Shown here: positions 1 to 13,140 of the stretch, piece after piece
Layout of the letters: every line of letters starts with the position of its first letter
How positions within the stretch are numbered: the stretch's first letter is position 1
Source: Octopus vulgaris
Lineage: Eukaryota
DNA length: 64,000 bases
Assembly: GCA_951406725.2 (NCBI GenBank)
Contig: OX597820.1
Location: 65,038,001-65,102,000 of the forward strand
Reading direction: 5' to 3'
Program-made: the position numbers and the translations under genes
The notes under the pieces: generated by a model
Told to the model about the DNA's origin: nothing
Database searches by the model: none
Seen by the model: the letters and a program-made list of their open reading frames with translations, nothing else

Positions 1-250
1 ACTATCGGTTTCTTTTACCGAACTGATAAGTCACAGGGACATAAAAAAAACTACACCGCTTATCAAGCGATATTGGTGACAAAACTGACATAGAAACAGA
101 CGCACACGGTGCATGAGCACGGTAGACGAAAACTGGAAGCCCGTCATACATACATACATACATACATACATACATACATACATACATACATACATACATA
201 CATACATACATAAATACATACATACATACATACATGCATACACACATATA

Positions 251-283
<33 letters not shown>

Positions 284-285
<2 letters not shown>

Positions 286-450
286 AGGCACATGGCCTAC
301 TGGTTAGAGCGGCGAACTCGCGGTCGACAGATTGCGGGTCCGAATTTCAGACCGGGCGATGTGTGTGTTTATGAGCGAAACACCTAAGCTCCAGCAGAAG
401 ATAATGACGAACTTCTGCTGACTCTTTCGCCAAAACTTTCTCTCACATTG
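284..450 (+). mobile_element. tRNA-derived SINE family C, 5' part
   Basis: ggaggcacatggcctactggttagagcggcgaactcgcggtc... has an A/B-box-like head and is homologous to the copy at 9914-10278. Confidence 0.7.
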
Positions 451-1699
451 TGGTCAGAATTTTTGAAGAAGATGTGCGTGCATTTGTTCAGAGTCTATTC
501 TATATGTCAAAAGAATGGAATAAATACAGTTAATCATACGTCTTCAGGATAAGACATAACATGGAGGTCAACAAGGACACCAATAACACCATCGATTAAA
601 ACGTGCTAAAAGGGAAGCTACGTAGTGGTCGCCGGTTGTGTTAGATGTAACGGTCATAGTTTTCTCGAATTACAATCTAATTCAGTAGTAGAATGCATTG
701 GAAAATTTTGCTCAAAATGAGTGATGATGAACCTATGACAGGCCAGATTTTAGGCTTGGGTTTAGCATAGGAAACCACAGAAAGAAGAACTTACCTTCCG
801 TTTTTAAGTATTTACCAAAATATTAAAATATATCTACAGAAATGTAACATTCTAAAAATGGGATTAATAGATAAATTAGAATTTCGACATACTTGCTAAA
901 TAAATATTGTTGATTTTATGGTTTCAAATTTCACTTTGCAATAATGTGCTTTCGGAGTCATATGTGTGTGTATGTGTGTGTATATGTGTATGTTTGACTG
1001 TATGCTTGTGCGTGTGAATGTGTATGTGTGTTTGTACATATCTATGAGTGTATGTGTGTATACATATCTATATGTGTGTCTTTGTGATTCCGTTGTGTTT
1101 CTACGCAGCATCCACTTGACAATCGGTGTTGTGTTGTTTACGTCCCTGTAACATATGACCTCGGCAAGCGAGATCAATGTACTAATTGTCAGGCTTAGAA
1201 AAAGGTCGATTTGCTCGGCTAAATCCTTCGTGGCGGTGTCTTTCTATGGTTTCTCTCCAATGATTACAACATATAACAGCTAAAAGATTCAACTGTCCAA
1301 GAGACACAATATTCGCAATAAAGAGAGTGATTAAACAACATTGCCATAGGACTGCTAAAAGAAATCACCATTGTTCTGAGCAAACATAAAAAACTACAAT
1401 AATAACTCTAAAACCGGTTGTACTTCTACTTTCGAGATGTTGTATTTATGATAATAGTTTTGTCATCGTCGGTGTTGCTAGATTTCGTGAGGTATTGTAT
1501 GATATTTGGTTGTGTCTAAGGGGATTCGTTACGCGAATATTATTAACACACGCACTATTAGGAATATTGCCATAATGGCTCTCCCTAGACACTGCAAAAT
1601 TCGATTTAACACTCGAATACACATAAAGAATATGGCGAACTAGATACAAAAACGAAGTATTGTATGGTATTTCTATTGATATTACTGAGTCTTTGCAAA

Positions 1700-3000
1700 G
1701 GCTGCGAGCTAACAAAATAGTTAGCACGCCGGACAAAAGGCTTATCAGTAATTCATCCGTCTTTACGTTCTGGGTTCAAATTCCGCCGATATCAGCTTTG
1801 CGTTTCGTCCTTTCGGAGTCGATTGAATAAGCAATACCCGAGAATTGCTGTCGATGTAATCGATTAGCCCCCCACTCTCCCAAATTTGCCGGCCTTGTGC
1901 CTATACTAGAAGGGAATACGAATTCTTTGCCATTATGGTGGGCATCACCGTCTCCATGAAACCATAACAACGATCATCATAACTATCATTTTTACCAACA
2001 ACAGTTTCAGCGCATGTATATCACTAATATTCAAACTACTCTTTTGTTCAGTTTCATCACCACTATTACAAGCCCCTACAAATATTTTACTATCACAACC
2101 ATGATTGACATTATTACTGTCGACGCGAAGGCGGTGAGCTAGCAGAATCGTTAGCACGCCGGGCGAAACGCTTAGCAGTATTTCGTCTGCCGCTGCGTTC
2201 TGAGTTCAAATTCCACCGAGGTCGAATTTGCCTTTTATCCTTTCGGGGTCGATTAAATAACTACCAGTTACGCACTGGGGTCGATATAATCGACTTAATC
2301 CGTTTGTCTGTCCTTGTTTGTGCTCTCTGTGTTTAGCCCCTTGTGTGTAGTAAAGAAATAGGTATATTTAAGGCGGCGAACTGGCAGAATCGTTAGCACG
2401 CCGGGCGAAATGCTTAGCAGTATTTCGCCTGCCGCTACGTTCTGATTTCTAATTCCGCTGAGGTCGACTTTGCCTTTCATCCTTTCGGGGTCGATAAATT
2501 AAGTACCATTTACGCACTGGGGTCGATGTAATCGACTTAATCCCTTTGTCGGTCCTTGTTTCTCCCCTCTATGTTTATCCCCTTGTGGGCAATAAAGAAA
2601 TAAGAATCTTTAGCACGCTGAACAAAATCCTTACCAGCATTTTGTAATCTTTACATTCTGAGTTCAAATTCCGCCGTGTCAAATTTACATTTCATTCTTT
2701 CAGGGTTGACAAAATAACTACCAGCTAAACTCTGGAGTCGATGTAATCGACTTAAATCGCTTGGCGTGTGCAAAATTTTTAAAACATTATCATACATTTG
2801 TGTAAGACGATGAAATAGCAGAACGTAAAGCCCGAGGAAATGCTTGGCAGCTTTTCGCCCGGTTGTACGTTCTGAATTCAAATCCTGCCCAGGTCATCTT
2901 TGCCCTTATCCTTTTGGGGATAAGTACCAATCGAGCATTGGAGTCGATATAATCGACTAAACTCCTTCTCCAAAATTGCAGTCCTTGTACTTGTTAGCAG
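1700..3000 (+). mobile_element. Cluster of about 5 copies of tRNA-derived SINE family B
   Basis: Repeated unit ggcggcgagctggcagaatcgttagcacgccgggcgaaatgcttagc...gagttcaaattcc...gtcgactttgcctttcatcctttcggggtcgat. The best copies are 2130-2360 and 2372-2601. Confidence 0.85.
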
Positions 3001-3100
3001 AAGGGTTTATTACTGTCAACATAACAAATCAGACTGCAACACTCCGACCATGTCCACCACCATCAAAATTTCCCAACGTCTTTGTCATCGTTATTAGCAC

Positions 3101-3432
3101 TACCTATAATAATGTCACAAATGAGGAAGTGAAAAGATGAATATGGCAGGCAATAGGTCCCTACGAGGAACTTCTTACCACGATAAAGAAACGCAAACTC
3201 AGGTGGTTTGGATAAAGTACCCGTTCATCTGGGATAGCCAAAACAATCCTTCAGGTAAGAGTCAAAGGTGGAAGACACAGAGACAGACAGAAAAAGAGGT
3301 AGGAAAACATTTGTGAGTGGAGAAGAATAAGGATGAGAGATGCAGTGCGAGAGGCAGAAGACAAAGATGGGTGGAGGGATGCGGGGGAAAAGTCATCTGT
3401 AGTGCCCAAACGATCAGCCAGACTACGTGATA
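3101..3432 (+). mobile_element. RTE-clade LINE 3' end (degenerate)
   Basis: Translates NVTNEEVKR*IWQAIGPYEELLTTIKKRKLRWFG*STRSSGIAKTILQ.RVKGGR, a typical RTE ORF C-terminus, with in-frame stops. Confidence 0.8.
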
Positions 3433-3838
3433 TGCAAATAATAATTAGTATTATTACTATTACCATCATCACTACCACCATTACATAAGAACCACCACAA
3501 TCAATAACATCCAGATATATATTACTACGAACAATCACAATAAACATCAGTAACCATCCTATTCAACATTAAAGCCTTTCGCTTATTCCTTCCCCTCCAC
3601 CGATTTTTTGCTTTTATCTTTTCCTTATTTCAGTCATTAGACTGCGACAATGCTGAGGCACCACCTTGAAGAATTTTTAATCGAATGAATCGACACCATA
3701 AATTATCCCATAAAAATGCGGTTTTGTTTTTCAGTTGCATGAACTAAAATCACAGGGGACGGGATAAACTACTTACATCAGCTTGCTATAAAAGCAGGTA
3801 GCAATTTTAGCTTGTTCTTATTCTTGTACTTTGTATAT

Positions 3839-4399
3839 TATGTCAGGTCACTTTCGAGTGCTACTGGTAACATGTAACCCAGTACAACCTGTTGCATGGT
3901 CGGGTCGTCGGCGACTAAACCGGCAACCCCACCAAGCTTGCTTGGTGAGGAGGGTGTTTATTGGACACCCTGCGGGATAAAAAAAAAACAAAACCCGTCA
4001 AAAGGAGCAGGAACTCTTGAGAGTCAACGGTCAACCAATAAATGTCTTAAGGATGTATCATGCGCGGGAACATAGAAATAATCGGACTGAATACCAGATC
4101 GCGCGGTTAAAGCATTGGGAGTGAAGGACTCCTAGACTTTGTTAGGGCATCCTTCTAGGAGAAGGTAACTCAGGTAACTGGGATAACTCCGACATAAAAC
4201 CTGCGGCTCAGTGGTTACCAATGATGTTGACTAGTTCTTCTTTTCGGATTATGGCTACTGTTGCTTAGTGAGTGGGATTGACACAGTGCACAGCCTTTCT
4301 TCACTTTAAAAAAAATCTTCTTGCACAGGCATTGCACGATAACAACATTGATTAAGCTTTGTGCAATGGCCATACTCGATAATGAGGGGGCAGCCACCA

Positions 4400-4400
<1 letters not shown>
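3839..4400 (+). mobile_element. Non-autonomous RTE-related element, copy 1
   Basis: Highly similar second copy at 56497-57021. Contains gggcatccttctaggagaaggtaactc (4145-4171), which resembles the RTE 5'UTR motif, and ends in a microsatellite tail. No ORF. Confidence 0.65.
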
Positions 4401-4484
<84 letters not shown>

Positions 4485-4499
4485 ATGTATGTATGTATA

Positions 4500-4660
4500 A
4501 ACGACGAGCTTCTTTCAGATTCCGTCTCCCAAATCCACTTACAAGGCTTTGGTTGACTCGAGGTCACAGTAGAAGACACCTGGCCAACGTTGCACACAGT
4601 GGGACTGAACCTAGAAGGATGTGGCTTAGAAGCAAACTTCTTACCACACAGCCACACATT
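4500..4660 (-). mobile_element. SINE family A head (tail part at ~3615-3695)
   Basis: Matches the tRNA-like head of the copy at 58466-58876. Confidence 0.7.
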
Positions 4661-4974
4661 TAGCCTGCGTTAAGATACGTTTACATGGTAGTTCCACCTA
4701 TTAGAAACAATCCGACAAAAAAGAAAAAAAAATGTGAATTTGAGGAATAGCCTTTTGTCCAGCCATACCTTATCTAAGCATTATATATCTCCTCCATGGT
4801 TGATGTCATGCAACTCTGAGGAATGAAATTACACTATTCTGGAAGTATAATTCTTGTGTGTTAAATATTTATTCCACAATATGTCAGGTTCTGCTTTATT
4901 TTGATTATCGTTGATTATCCTGTATTTAATATCACTTGAAATATTGTTGGCGATGTGGCTGTTGGATATAATGT

Positions 4975-4976
4975 CG

Positions 4977-5026
<50 letters not shown>

Positions 5027-5051
5027 GCTACTACTGCTGCTGCTGCTGCTG

Positions 5052-5098
<47 letters not shown>

Positions 5099-5350
5099 GA
5101 TGCTGCTGCTACTGCAACTGCTATGGCTACCACCTCTACTACTACAACAACCACCACCATCACAACCACCACCACAGTACTAGTACTACTGCTGCTGCTG
5201 CTACTGCTACTATCTCTACTGCTAGAACCAACACCACCACCACCACCACCACTAATAATACTAATAATACTAATACTAATGCTACTAATGCTGCAGCTAC
5301 GATCACTACAGCATTAACAACAACAACTACTACTACTACTACTACTACTA
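4975..5350. repeat. (CTA)n/(CTG)n/(CCA)n compound microsatellite
   Basis: Direct reading; it explains the poly-L/T/V ORFs. Confidence 0.95.
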
Positions 5351-6101
5351 TTTGCCGCTGCAACTATTCTTATCATTATTGCTGTTGTTTTTGCTAGTTG
5401 AAGTACTTGTTGCTGCGACTGTTGTGGTAGTACTGTTTCAACCGCTATCATAACTTCTCTTACGCACACACATACATCTAAGGACGGCCATATTTGATTA
5501 TATTTGATTATCTTTGAAGAATATGTTTGTTATAGCATTGATTATGGCTAAAAGCATCATCGCAGAAACAGCTATTAATGCTAGTTACAGACTGTATAAT
5601 AAGAGGCCCATGTTAGCCGTGGATTATTACAGAACTTAATTGAATGTAATCGGCATTGAATGAATATTTGCAACACTCTACAGAACTACAGAATCAGCGT
5701 AAGCATAGAATAACTAAATAACTAAATAAATAAATAAAATAAAAGCAAAGGCATTGGAGGCTGAATTGATATCGTGAAAAAAAAAGCGATATGAATTTTG
5801 TCATTTATGCTACTATTTCAAAAATATGGTTTATTCATCAGTGTCGTCTGATGATTTACAGTTATAACAAGAAACTATTAGTACCCACTAGCGACATTAT
5901 ATCCAATAGCAACGACTGTGGTTTGTTTTACTTTATCCATACGCATAACTCTGCGCATTTGCGTCGCGTTATATATATTCTGTATACAGTGATCAAACCT
6001 ACCATAATTTATAAACTTCTATAGTGAACAATGCATTGATTAAGTATTTTTCATTCACGAGCTTTTGGTGTAGCACTGGGCAAATTTCATATTTAAGATT
6101 A

Positions 6102-6309
6102 GGAGGGGGTGCTGTAAAGTTCCTGGCTTTAAGGGTGTCGCCAAAGGCCTGGTTGGAGACACAACATTCCGAGATTTTTTTACAGGGCTTGAAAAAAGTT
6201 AAGGACCGCTGCAATAAGTATGAATCTGAGAGGTGAAAATGTTGACTAAAATCATAATTTACTAATCCCCCTGTACATTCTTTTACCCAAACTTTTCAGT
6301 CCCGCCTCG
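6102..6309 (+). mobile_element. Internally deleted mariner (MITE-like)
   Basis: Flanked by TA, with imperfect TIRs ggagggggtgctgtaaagtt / aacttttcagtcccgcctcg. The interior encodes a transposase C-terminus, WLETQHSEIFLQGLKKVKDRCNK. Confidence 0.75.
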
Positions 6310-6779
6310 TATGCATTTACATGCATTTATACCACTACACTGAGTATGCATTTATACTACTTAGAGTACTGAAAAAAATATACCCGACTCCTTCCATTAA
6401 TCTGCTCATCATTAAACTACTGTAGAAAACTGAAGAACTGGTACATGCTCAGAAGCTGCATTGTTGTGACCAAATGAAACATCGATTTAACATCAGATTA
6501 AAGCATGACTCTGCATCCCCAATATTTAAGACCGTCGAACATTATGAAATAGGTCCTTCAAGTTAGCTAACATTGAATTCCTGAAATTTTTTTTTATATT
6601 TTCAAAATTAAGTCAAAATTGAGCAAAAAGCCATTTTTCCGATAAACCAATGAATTTATAATGAAATACACAGTATACATAAGAAATAAGCTCTTATGCG
6701 TAAAACGGCATCTTAAATGAATTAAACTCTAAAGCAAAAGACCTGAAATGAGATAGTCGATTATATGCCAGTCGTACAG

Positions 6780-8100
6780 AAGTGTTAAGGACAACGGGCG
6801 TATTTTTATTCCTAAACTTAGCTATAACTTAACTGAATTAAACCTGAGAGAAAATTTTGAACAAGTTTAAGAACAGCATTTAAAAAGTAGCCAATCTGCA
6901 ATGGGTTGATAATAATTCTGTTATCAATTGATTCAATGATATCAGTAAAAGGTATGTTTATTGATACACTTCATTTGGGATTGATGAAACTTATACCTTA
7001 ATCTCTAATAACAGGGAACTGTTATCCAACATCGTAGGTTCTGCATAAAACTAAAACATAGATAATAATGAAAAAGAGACTTTTATGCATTTTAGTAAAA
7101 CGTTACTTTTTATAACGATTTCGCCACGGAAAGAGATCCCAGCCCACTACATCTATTCATACCAATATAGAGTTGTATGAAAGCATAAAAGTATGTGACT
7201 TCAAAAGATTATGCATCTTACCGAGAAATTTCCAACAATATGTTAGGCCTGTATAGAGATGACTTCTTAGCTTTATCAAAAAGAACAAATGGACGCAACT
7301 TAGTCACATTAGGGAATGTGTTTAGCGCGTACATTTAGTACTTAAATATAACGTTAAAAACTGAGAGATAACTTTTATCATGCCATTCAAAATCTCCGAG
7401 AACAACATTTTTAAGAACCTCAATGAAAAATGCACATATATTAAAATGGAATCATAGCATCTCATATGATTTTTAAAGAACCTCTTCTATAGCATGAGTA
7501 GGGAGACTATCACCGATTCCCAAATGAAAATCTTTTGTTAGAGCAGAATCCTTCCACTATAACGATGCCTCGCTAACTTGCTCATACAAAGATTAAGTTG
7601 CAAGATCATTTTAATTGCAAGTCATCCAAAACTAAGAAAAACATGCTACAAGATGTTAATTCTTAACCCTTCCCTATCAACTTCATACTGACCTCTAAGC
7701 ATGTAGTTTAACAGGCTCAATCTTAAATTAAGTTGCTGTAGTTCCTCTGATACGAAGACCACCTAAAAAACACGGTCAGCAAAAACATTAATATATGTGT
7801 AATACTGAGTCTTCCATGATAATACCTATAATTTATGAAGTACATTCCTTGTGTAAAATTTAACTTCAGTATATCACATAACAGAAACATAGGCATTACT
7901 GGAGAAAAATTGAAGTAAAAGGAAATTATACGTCTTTTTTTTTAGACATGCAAAAAGAAATCGATCGATAAAACTATGTCTAGAAATTAACAGGAAAAGA
8001 TTTTTCTTGGTCATAGCCACACTAATCCAGTATTAAATCGTTTGCTTTAAATAATTTTTTAAAAAGAAAATGCTTCTGGTGTGGTGCATGACTTTTACAT
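6780..8100 (+). pseudogene. Degenerate Penelope-like element reverse transcriptase ORF
   Basis: GLYRDDFLALSKRTNG at 7246-7293 matches the PLE RT GLYRDDGL motif. Upstream, in the expected order, are QWVDNNSVIN*FNDI (~6899), a decayed FDI..YPSI-like segment and a decayed GSY.GAEVCD-like segment (YESIKVCD). Many stops and frameshifts. Confidence 0.75.
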
Positions 8101-8518
8101 GATATATTTTATTTTCTCTTAAAAGTGCAATGGGTCATAAAAGTACATAATACGGTATAAAAATTACAAATTAAAAATAAAGTGAGTAAACTGTGAAGTG
8201 AAACAAAAGCTACAGCAATAAAGAGGGAATTACTGAGCTTTCAATGCTTTACAGTAACAGTAACAAAAAAGCTTGATTTTCGCTCAAAAGTAGGAAAAAG
8301 GAAACCAGCTATTCAAAAAATCTCTAAAAGACATGAAAGCAGTATTAATTCTGGCGAGTGGTATTTCATACCACCTAAACGGGGTTGTCCTTAGGAAACG
8401 ACGATACTGCTATTTTTAACCCCAGGAGGACACCTCCTCCAGCTGATTAAGCAGTGCACTCTGTATTCAATATATATGGCAAGCAGAGAGAGAGATCCCT
8501 ACTATTTTAGCCCCGAGA

Positions 8519-8567
8519 CCATCAGACCGTACGGTTTCATCCTTGTTATGGTCATCATCGGTGATAG
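8519..8567 (-). ncRNA. Degenerate type-I hammerhead ribozyme motif
   Basis: Minus strand reads ctatca-CCGATGA-tgaccataacaaggat-GAAA-ccgtacgg-TC-tgatgg: 6-bp stem I, palindromic stem III and a GUC site. U4 is replaced by C and stem II is damaged. Confidence 0.65.
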
Positions 8568-8856
8568 ATACTCGTCCGCTAGATGCAACAGTTGTTTACT
8601 CCAGCTCGCAATACATAGAAAAATAAGTGACACACAGGTGCCTTGAAGGGGTATAAAATAGCAGTATCGTTGATTCCTAAGGAACATGTGTGTTTAGGTA
8701 GCGTTAAACACTACTTTTCTGTTTGAATACTGTTTCCATCTTTGTTTTCTTGGGTTGCTAGTCTTTGCTTGTTGCGAGATCAGTGATTGCCTGTCACGTA
8801 TTTTTCTGTATATTGTGAGCTGGATTGAACTACTGTTATGTCTAGCCGACATATAT

Positions 8857-8905
8857 CCATCAGCGAGGATGATCATAAGAAGGTCGAAACCGTAAGGTCT
8901 GATAG
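8857..8905 (+). ncRNA. Degenerate type-I hammerhead ribozyme motif
   Basis: ccatca-GCGAGGA-tgatcataagaaggtc-GAAA-ccgtaagg-TC-tgatag; paralog of 8519-8567. Confidence 0.6.
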
Positions 8906-9803
8906 TCTCGGGGCTACAATAGTAGTGAGTTCTCTCCCCGCTTGCAATATATATCGAATGCAGAGTGCACTGCATAACTAGCTTGAAGAGGTATCCTACT
9001 GGGGTGAAAAATAGCAGTATCGTCGCTTTATATGGAACAGCAGTGTTAAGATGGTGTTAGAGACTATTTTCAGAAGAAAAAACTCTTTCTCAAAACAAGA
9101 GATAGATTGCAGAGTAGAGAAGGAAAAATAGAAAACCTTCATAACATCTATTTGAGAATCAGATAAGAGTAATTTTGGACGGCGCAGACTTTCTGATGAG
9201 AATCTGTTACGTAGCTGGACTTTGCTACCGTCCCCTCCACACAGACTCGAATGTACTGGCAGAGTTCACTTCTCGAACTTTTCGCTTTCTTACACTTCGA
9301 TTTTCGCTATTTTTTCACATGTTCGCAACTCATTCTCTGTTCCTAATGTATTGACGTCTCTTCTCTGTTTTGTTCAATTAAACTGGCTATCGGTGAAAGT
9401 TGATCCAGTTTGACTTGCAATTATAATGTTTACGAAGAAATGCTTTGTATTCAAACAATGAAAGCTACTGTTACAGAAAACAATACCTATAAATTAAAGA
9501 GGAGGAAAACAATGTTGAATTTCTCCTTTGAAAAGCTATTCAGTGTATCAATATACGAAGTTCTTGCAGTCGTTGGTCTTAAGAATGTTATTCTTGTTAA
9601 ATGAAAATCAAAATAAGCTACATTAAATTTAACTGACAATTGCTTGCAACATTTCATTGCCTAATTTATCAAGTGAAATGATATGCCAGGACGATAGCAA
9701 GTTTTAAAGTAGCTTGCTTGTAATTGGTTCAAACATCAAGTTCTTAAACCGTTTCAACCTCCCATTACCCAGGTGTGTGTGCGTCTATGTATATACTGAT
9801 TAT

Positions 9804-9901
<98 letters not shown>

Positions 9902-9913
9902 CTTTACTACCCA

Positions 9914-10278
9914 TTGTGGAGGCGCAATGACCCAGTGGTTAAGGCAGCGGACTCGCGGTCATAGGATCGCGGTTTCGATTCCCAGACCGGGCGTTGTGAG
10001 TGTTTAATGAGCGAAAACACCTAAAGCTCCACGAGGCTCCGGCAGGGGATGGTGGTGATCCCTGCTGTACTCTTTCACCACAACTTTCTCTCACTCTTAC
10101 TTCCTGTTTCTGTTGTACCTGTATTTCAAGGGGCCGGCCTTGTCACTCTCTGTGTCACGCTGAATATCTACGTTAAGGGTGCACGTGTCTGTGGAGTGCT
10201 CAGCCACTTACACGTTAATTTCACGAGCAGGCTGTTCCGTTGATTCGGATCAACCGGAGCCGACGGAGTGCTTCCATC
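9914..10278 (+). mobile_element. tRNA-derived SINE family C, full length, with 8-bp TSD
   Basis: A-box (tgacccagtgg) and B-box-like (gtttcgattcc) head. TSD actaccca at 9906-9913 and 10279-10286. It is nested in the tail of a family B SINE. Confidence 0.8.
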
Positions 10279-10286
10279 ACTACCCA

Positions 10287-10497
10287 CAAGGGGCTAAGCA
10301 CAGAGGGTCCATACAAGGTCAGGCAAACGGATTAAGTTGATTACATCGACCCCAGTGCGTAACTGTTACTTAATTTATCGACCCCGAAAGGATGAAAGGC
10401 AAAGTCGACCTCGGCGGAATTTGAACTCAGAACGTAACGGCAGACGAAATACGGCTACGCGTTTCGCCCGGCGTGCTAACGTTTCTGCCAGCTCGCC
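10287..10497 (-). mobile_element. SINE family B
   Basis: Reverse complement of the family B unit. Confidence 0.85.
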
Positions 10498-10539
<42 letters not shown>

Positions 10540-10657
10540 AACACAGACAACCACATCAGATAGAGAGAGAGATAGACAGACAGACAGACACACACACAGA
10601 CAAACATATAGACAGACAGGCAGACAGACAGACAGACAGACAGGCAGACAGACAGGC

Positions 10658-10776
<119 letters not shown>

Positions 10777-11084
10777 GAAATCGAAACCAGTAGGTATTCA
10801 CTGCGGCAAACGAAAAAATATGTTCCTTTATAGACTTACGAGTGTTAATAAACATCGAGCCGAGCACCAAATAGCATCCGCTAACTGCTCGACATAATGT
10901 TTGATCGTCATTTTACATCTTCAGTGGCTGATACCTACGTGTTATTTCTCATCTACTCCCATTTTCTTTCGAATGACTTTCTTTCAGGAATGTGGAAACT
11001 AGTTGCTGGTACATATTATTCTTGCTCGAACGCTATGTCGCTTTACCGAATTTACGTATCATTGTTATTGTAATTGTAATCCTT

Positions 11085-11304
11085 TCTTTACCCTTTTAGT
11101 TGTTTCAGCCATTTGACTACGGCCATGCTGGAGCAACGCCTTTAGTCGAGAAAATCGACCCCAGAACTTATTCTTGGTAAGCCTAGTACTTATTCTATCG
11201 GACTCTTTGCCGACCGCTAGATTACGAGGACGCAAACACACCAGCATTGGTTGTCAAGCGATGTTTGGGGTGACAAACACAGACACACAAACACACACAC
11301 ACAT

Positions 11305-11367
<63 letters not shown>

Positions 11368-11460
11368 TACGACGGTCTTCTTTTAGTTTCCGTCTACCAA
11401 AATCCACTCACAAGGCTTTAGTCGGCCCGAGGCTATAGTAGAAGACACTTGCCCAAGGTG
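11085..11460 (-). mobile_element. SINE family A (5' truncated) with internal microsatellite
   Basis: Homologous to 58466-58876. Confidence 0.85.
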
Positions 11461-11964
11461 AATTTGTGGGATTTTCTTATAGAGTTGGCCTCCTTTCTGA
11501 TCCAGTAACCATATTCTGCCACGGTAACACACTAAAACAAAAAGAATAAACAACATACAATAATCAAATACATTAATTTTTTCTCTTTCTTTTTTTTTTC
11601 TTTTTTGCTTAGTTTAATAGTGTAGGTCGATTTACAATGTGCAAAATGTTATGCGGTCTGCGATTTTACAAAGGATGTCCATGCCAGTCGTAGATAAAGT
11701 GATAACAATAGCTGTCACTTGAATTATTATTTATATTTCCTTGAATACAATTTCACAGCTGGTCTTTCACCTAATAACAGCAGCCCGTAAGTTAATTTAC
11801 GCTATGATCGAAGAGAATTAGAAATCATTAACCTGGAAAACTTTCGAATATTAAAATGTTCCAAGTGAACTGTTTACATTGATGAAGTTGGATAAAAGAA
11901 AAAAACGATGACAAAAAAGAATGCATAAACAGATGAAAATAAACGAAAAAGAAAAAATAGATAC

Positions 11965-12123
11965 GCATGGCTGTGTGGTAAGTAGCTTACCAACCACATG
12001 GTTCCGGGTTCAGTCCCACTGCGTGGCACCTTGTCTAAGTGTCTTCTACTGTAGCCTCGGGCCGACCGAAGCCTTGTGAGTGCATTTGGTAAACGGAAAC
12101 TGAAAGAAACCCATCGTATATAC

Positions 12124-12169
<46 letters not shown>

Positions 12170-12375
12170 CTGTGTGTGTGTCTGTGTGTTTGTCCCTCCA
12201 ACATCGCTTGACAACCGATGCTGGTGTTTACGTCCCCGTAACTTAGCGGATCGGCAAAAGAGACCGGTAGATTAAATACTAGGCTTACAAAGAATAAGTC
12301 CTGGTGTCGATTTGCTCGACTAAAAAGCGGTGCTTCCGCATGACCACAGTCAAATGACTGAAACAAGTAAAAGAG
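11965..12375 (+). mobile_element. SINE family A
   Basis: tggctgtgtggtaag...gggttcagtccc head, internal (TA)n(TG)n, and tail gaaacaagtaaaagag. Confidence 0.85.
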
Positions 12376-12799
12376 TATTTATTGCGGGAAAAAAGAGTTT
12401 TATCACTTTATCTACAGCTGGCATGGACATCCTTTGTAAAACCGCAGACCACATAAATTCTATACCTGACCAAGCAGCTTGCTTGAAATGACAGCTAAAT
12501 TACTTTCAATGAATATTCAGACTCTGATATGACCGTTTGAACTGCTGCCGAAGAAATGCAGCTCTCATTCACTCACCTTACAGGCTGGCATTTAAAAACT
12601 GAAAAGATTGTGTGAACAATATAGGGAGAGGCCTAGAATCTGCGAATAAGATGGCTGGGAAGGTTTTATGAGGAGAGATAACGTTGGTCAGAGCTGAAAT
12701 GGGGGAGAAGAGGTTCCATAAAAATAATTATTATATTTGTTAACGTCATATTTTCACGTGCTATTATTTATAGCTTCAAGTGCTTCAAGATCCACTATT

Positions 12800-12841
<42 letters not shown>

Positions 12842-12940
12842 AGAAATACATTTGTTTGTAGAAGCGAAGCTAATGATCTTAGTATGCAAACATCTTGTTA
12901 TATTGCCATGCGACAAAAACAGAAATAAAAGAACACGCAG

Positions 12941-13140
<200 letters not shown>

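Larger units (their letters stand above)
8385..9040. mobile_element. PLE pseudo-LTR-like inverted duplication carrying hammerhead motifs
   Basis: About 8390-8635 is the diverged reverse complement of about 8790-9037. An extra inverted ~30-bp end lies at 8656-8685. The segment is directly downstream of the RT fossil. Confidence 0.7.
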
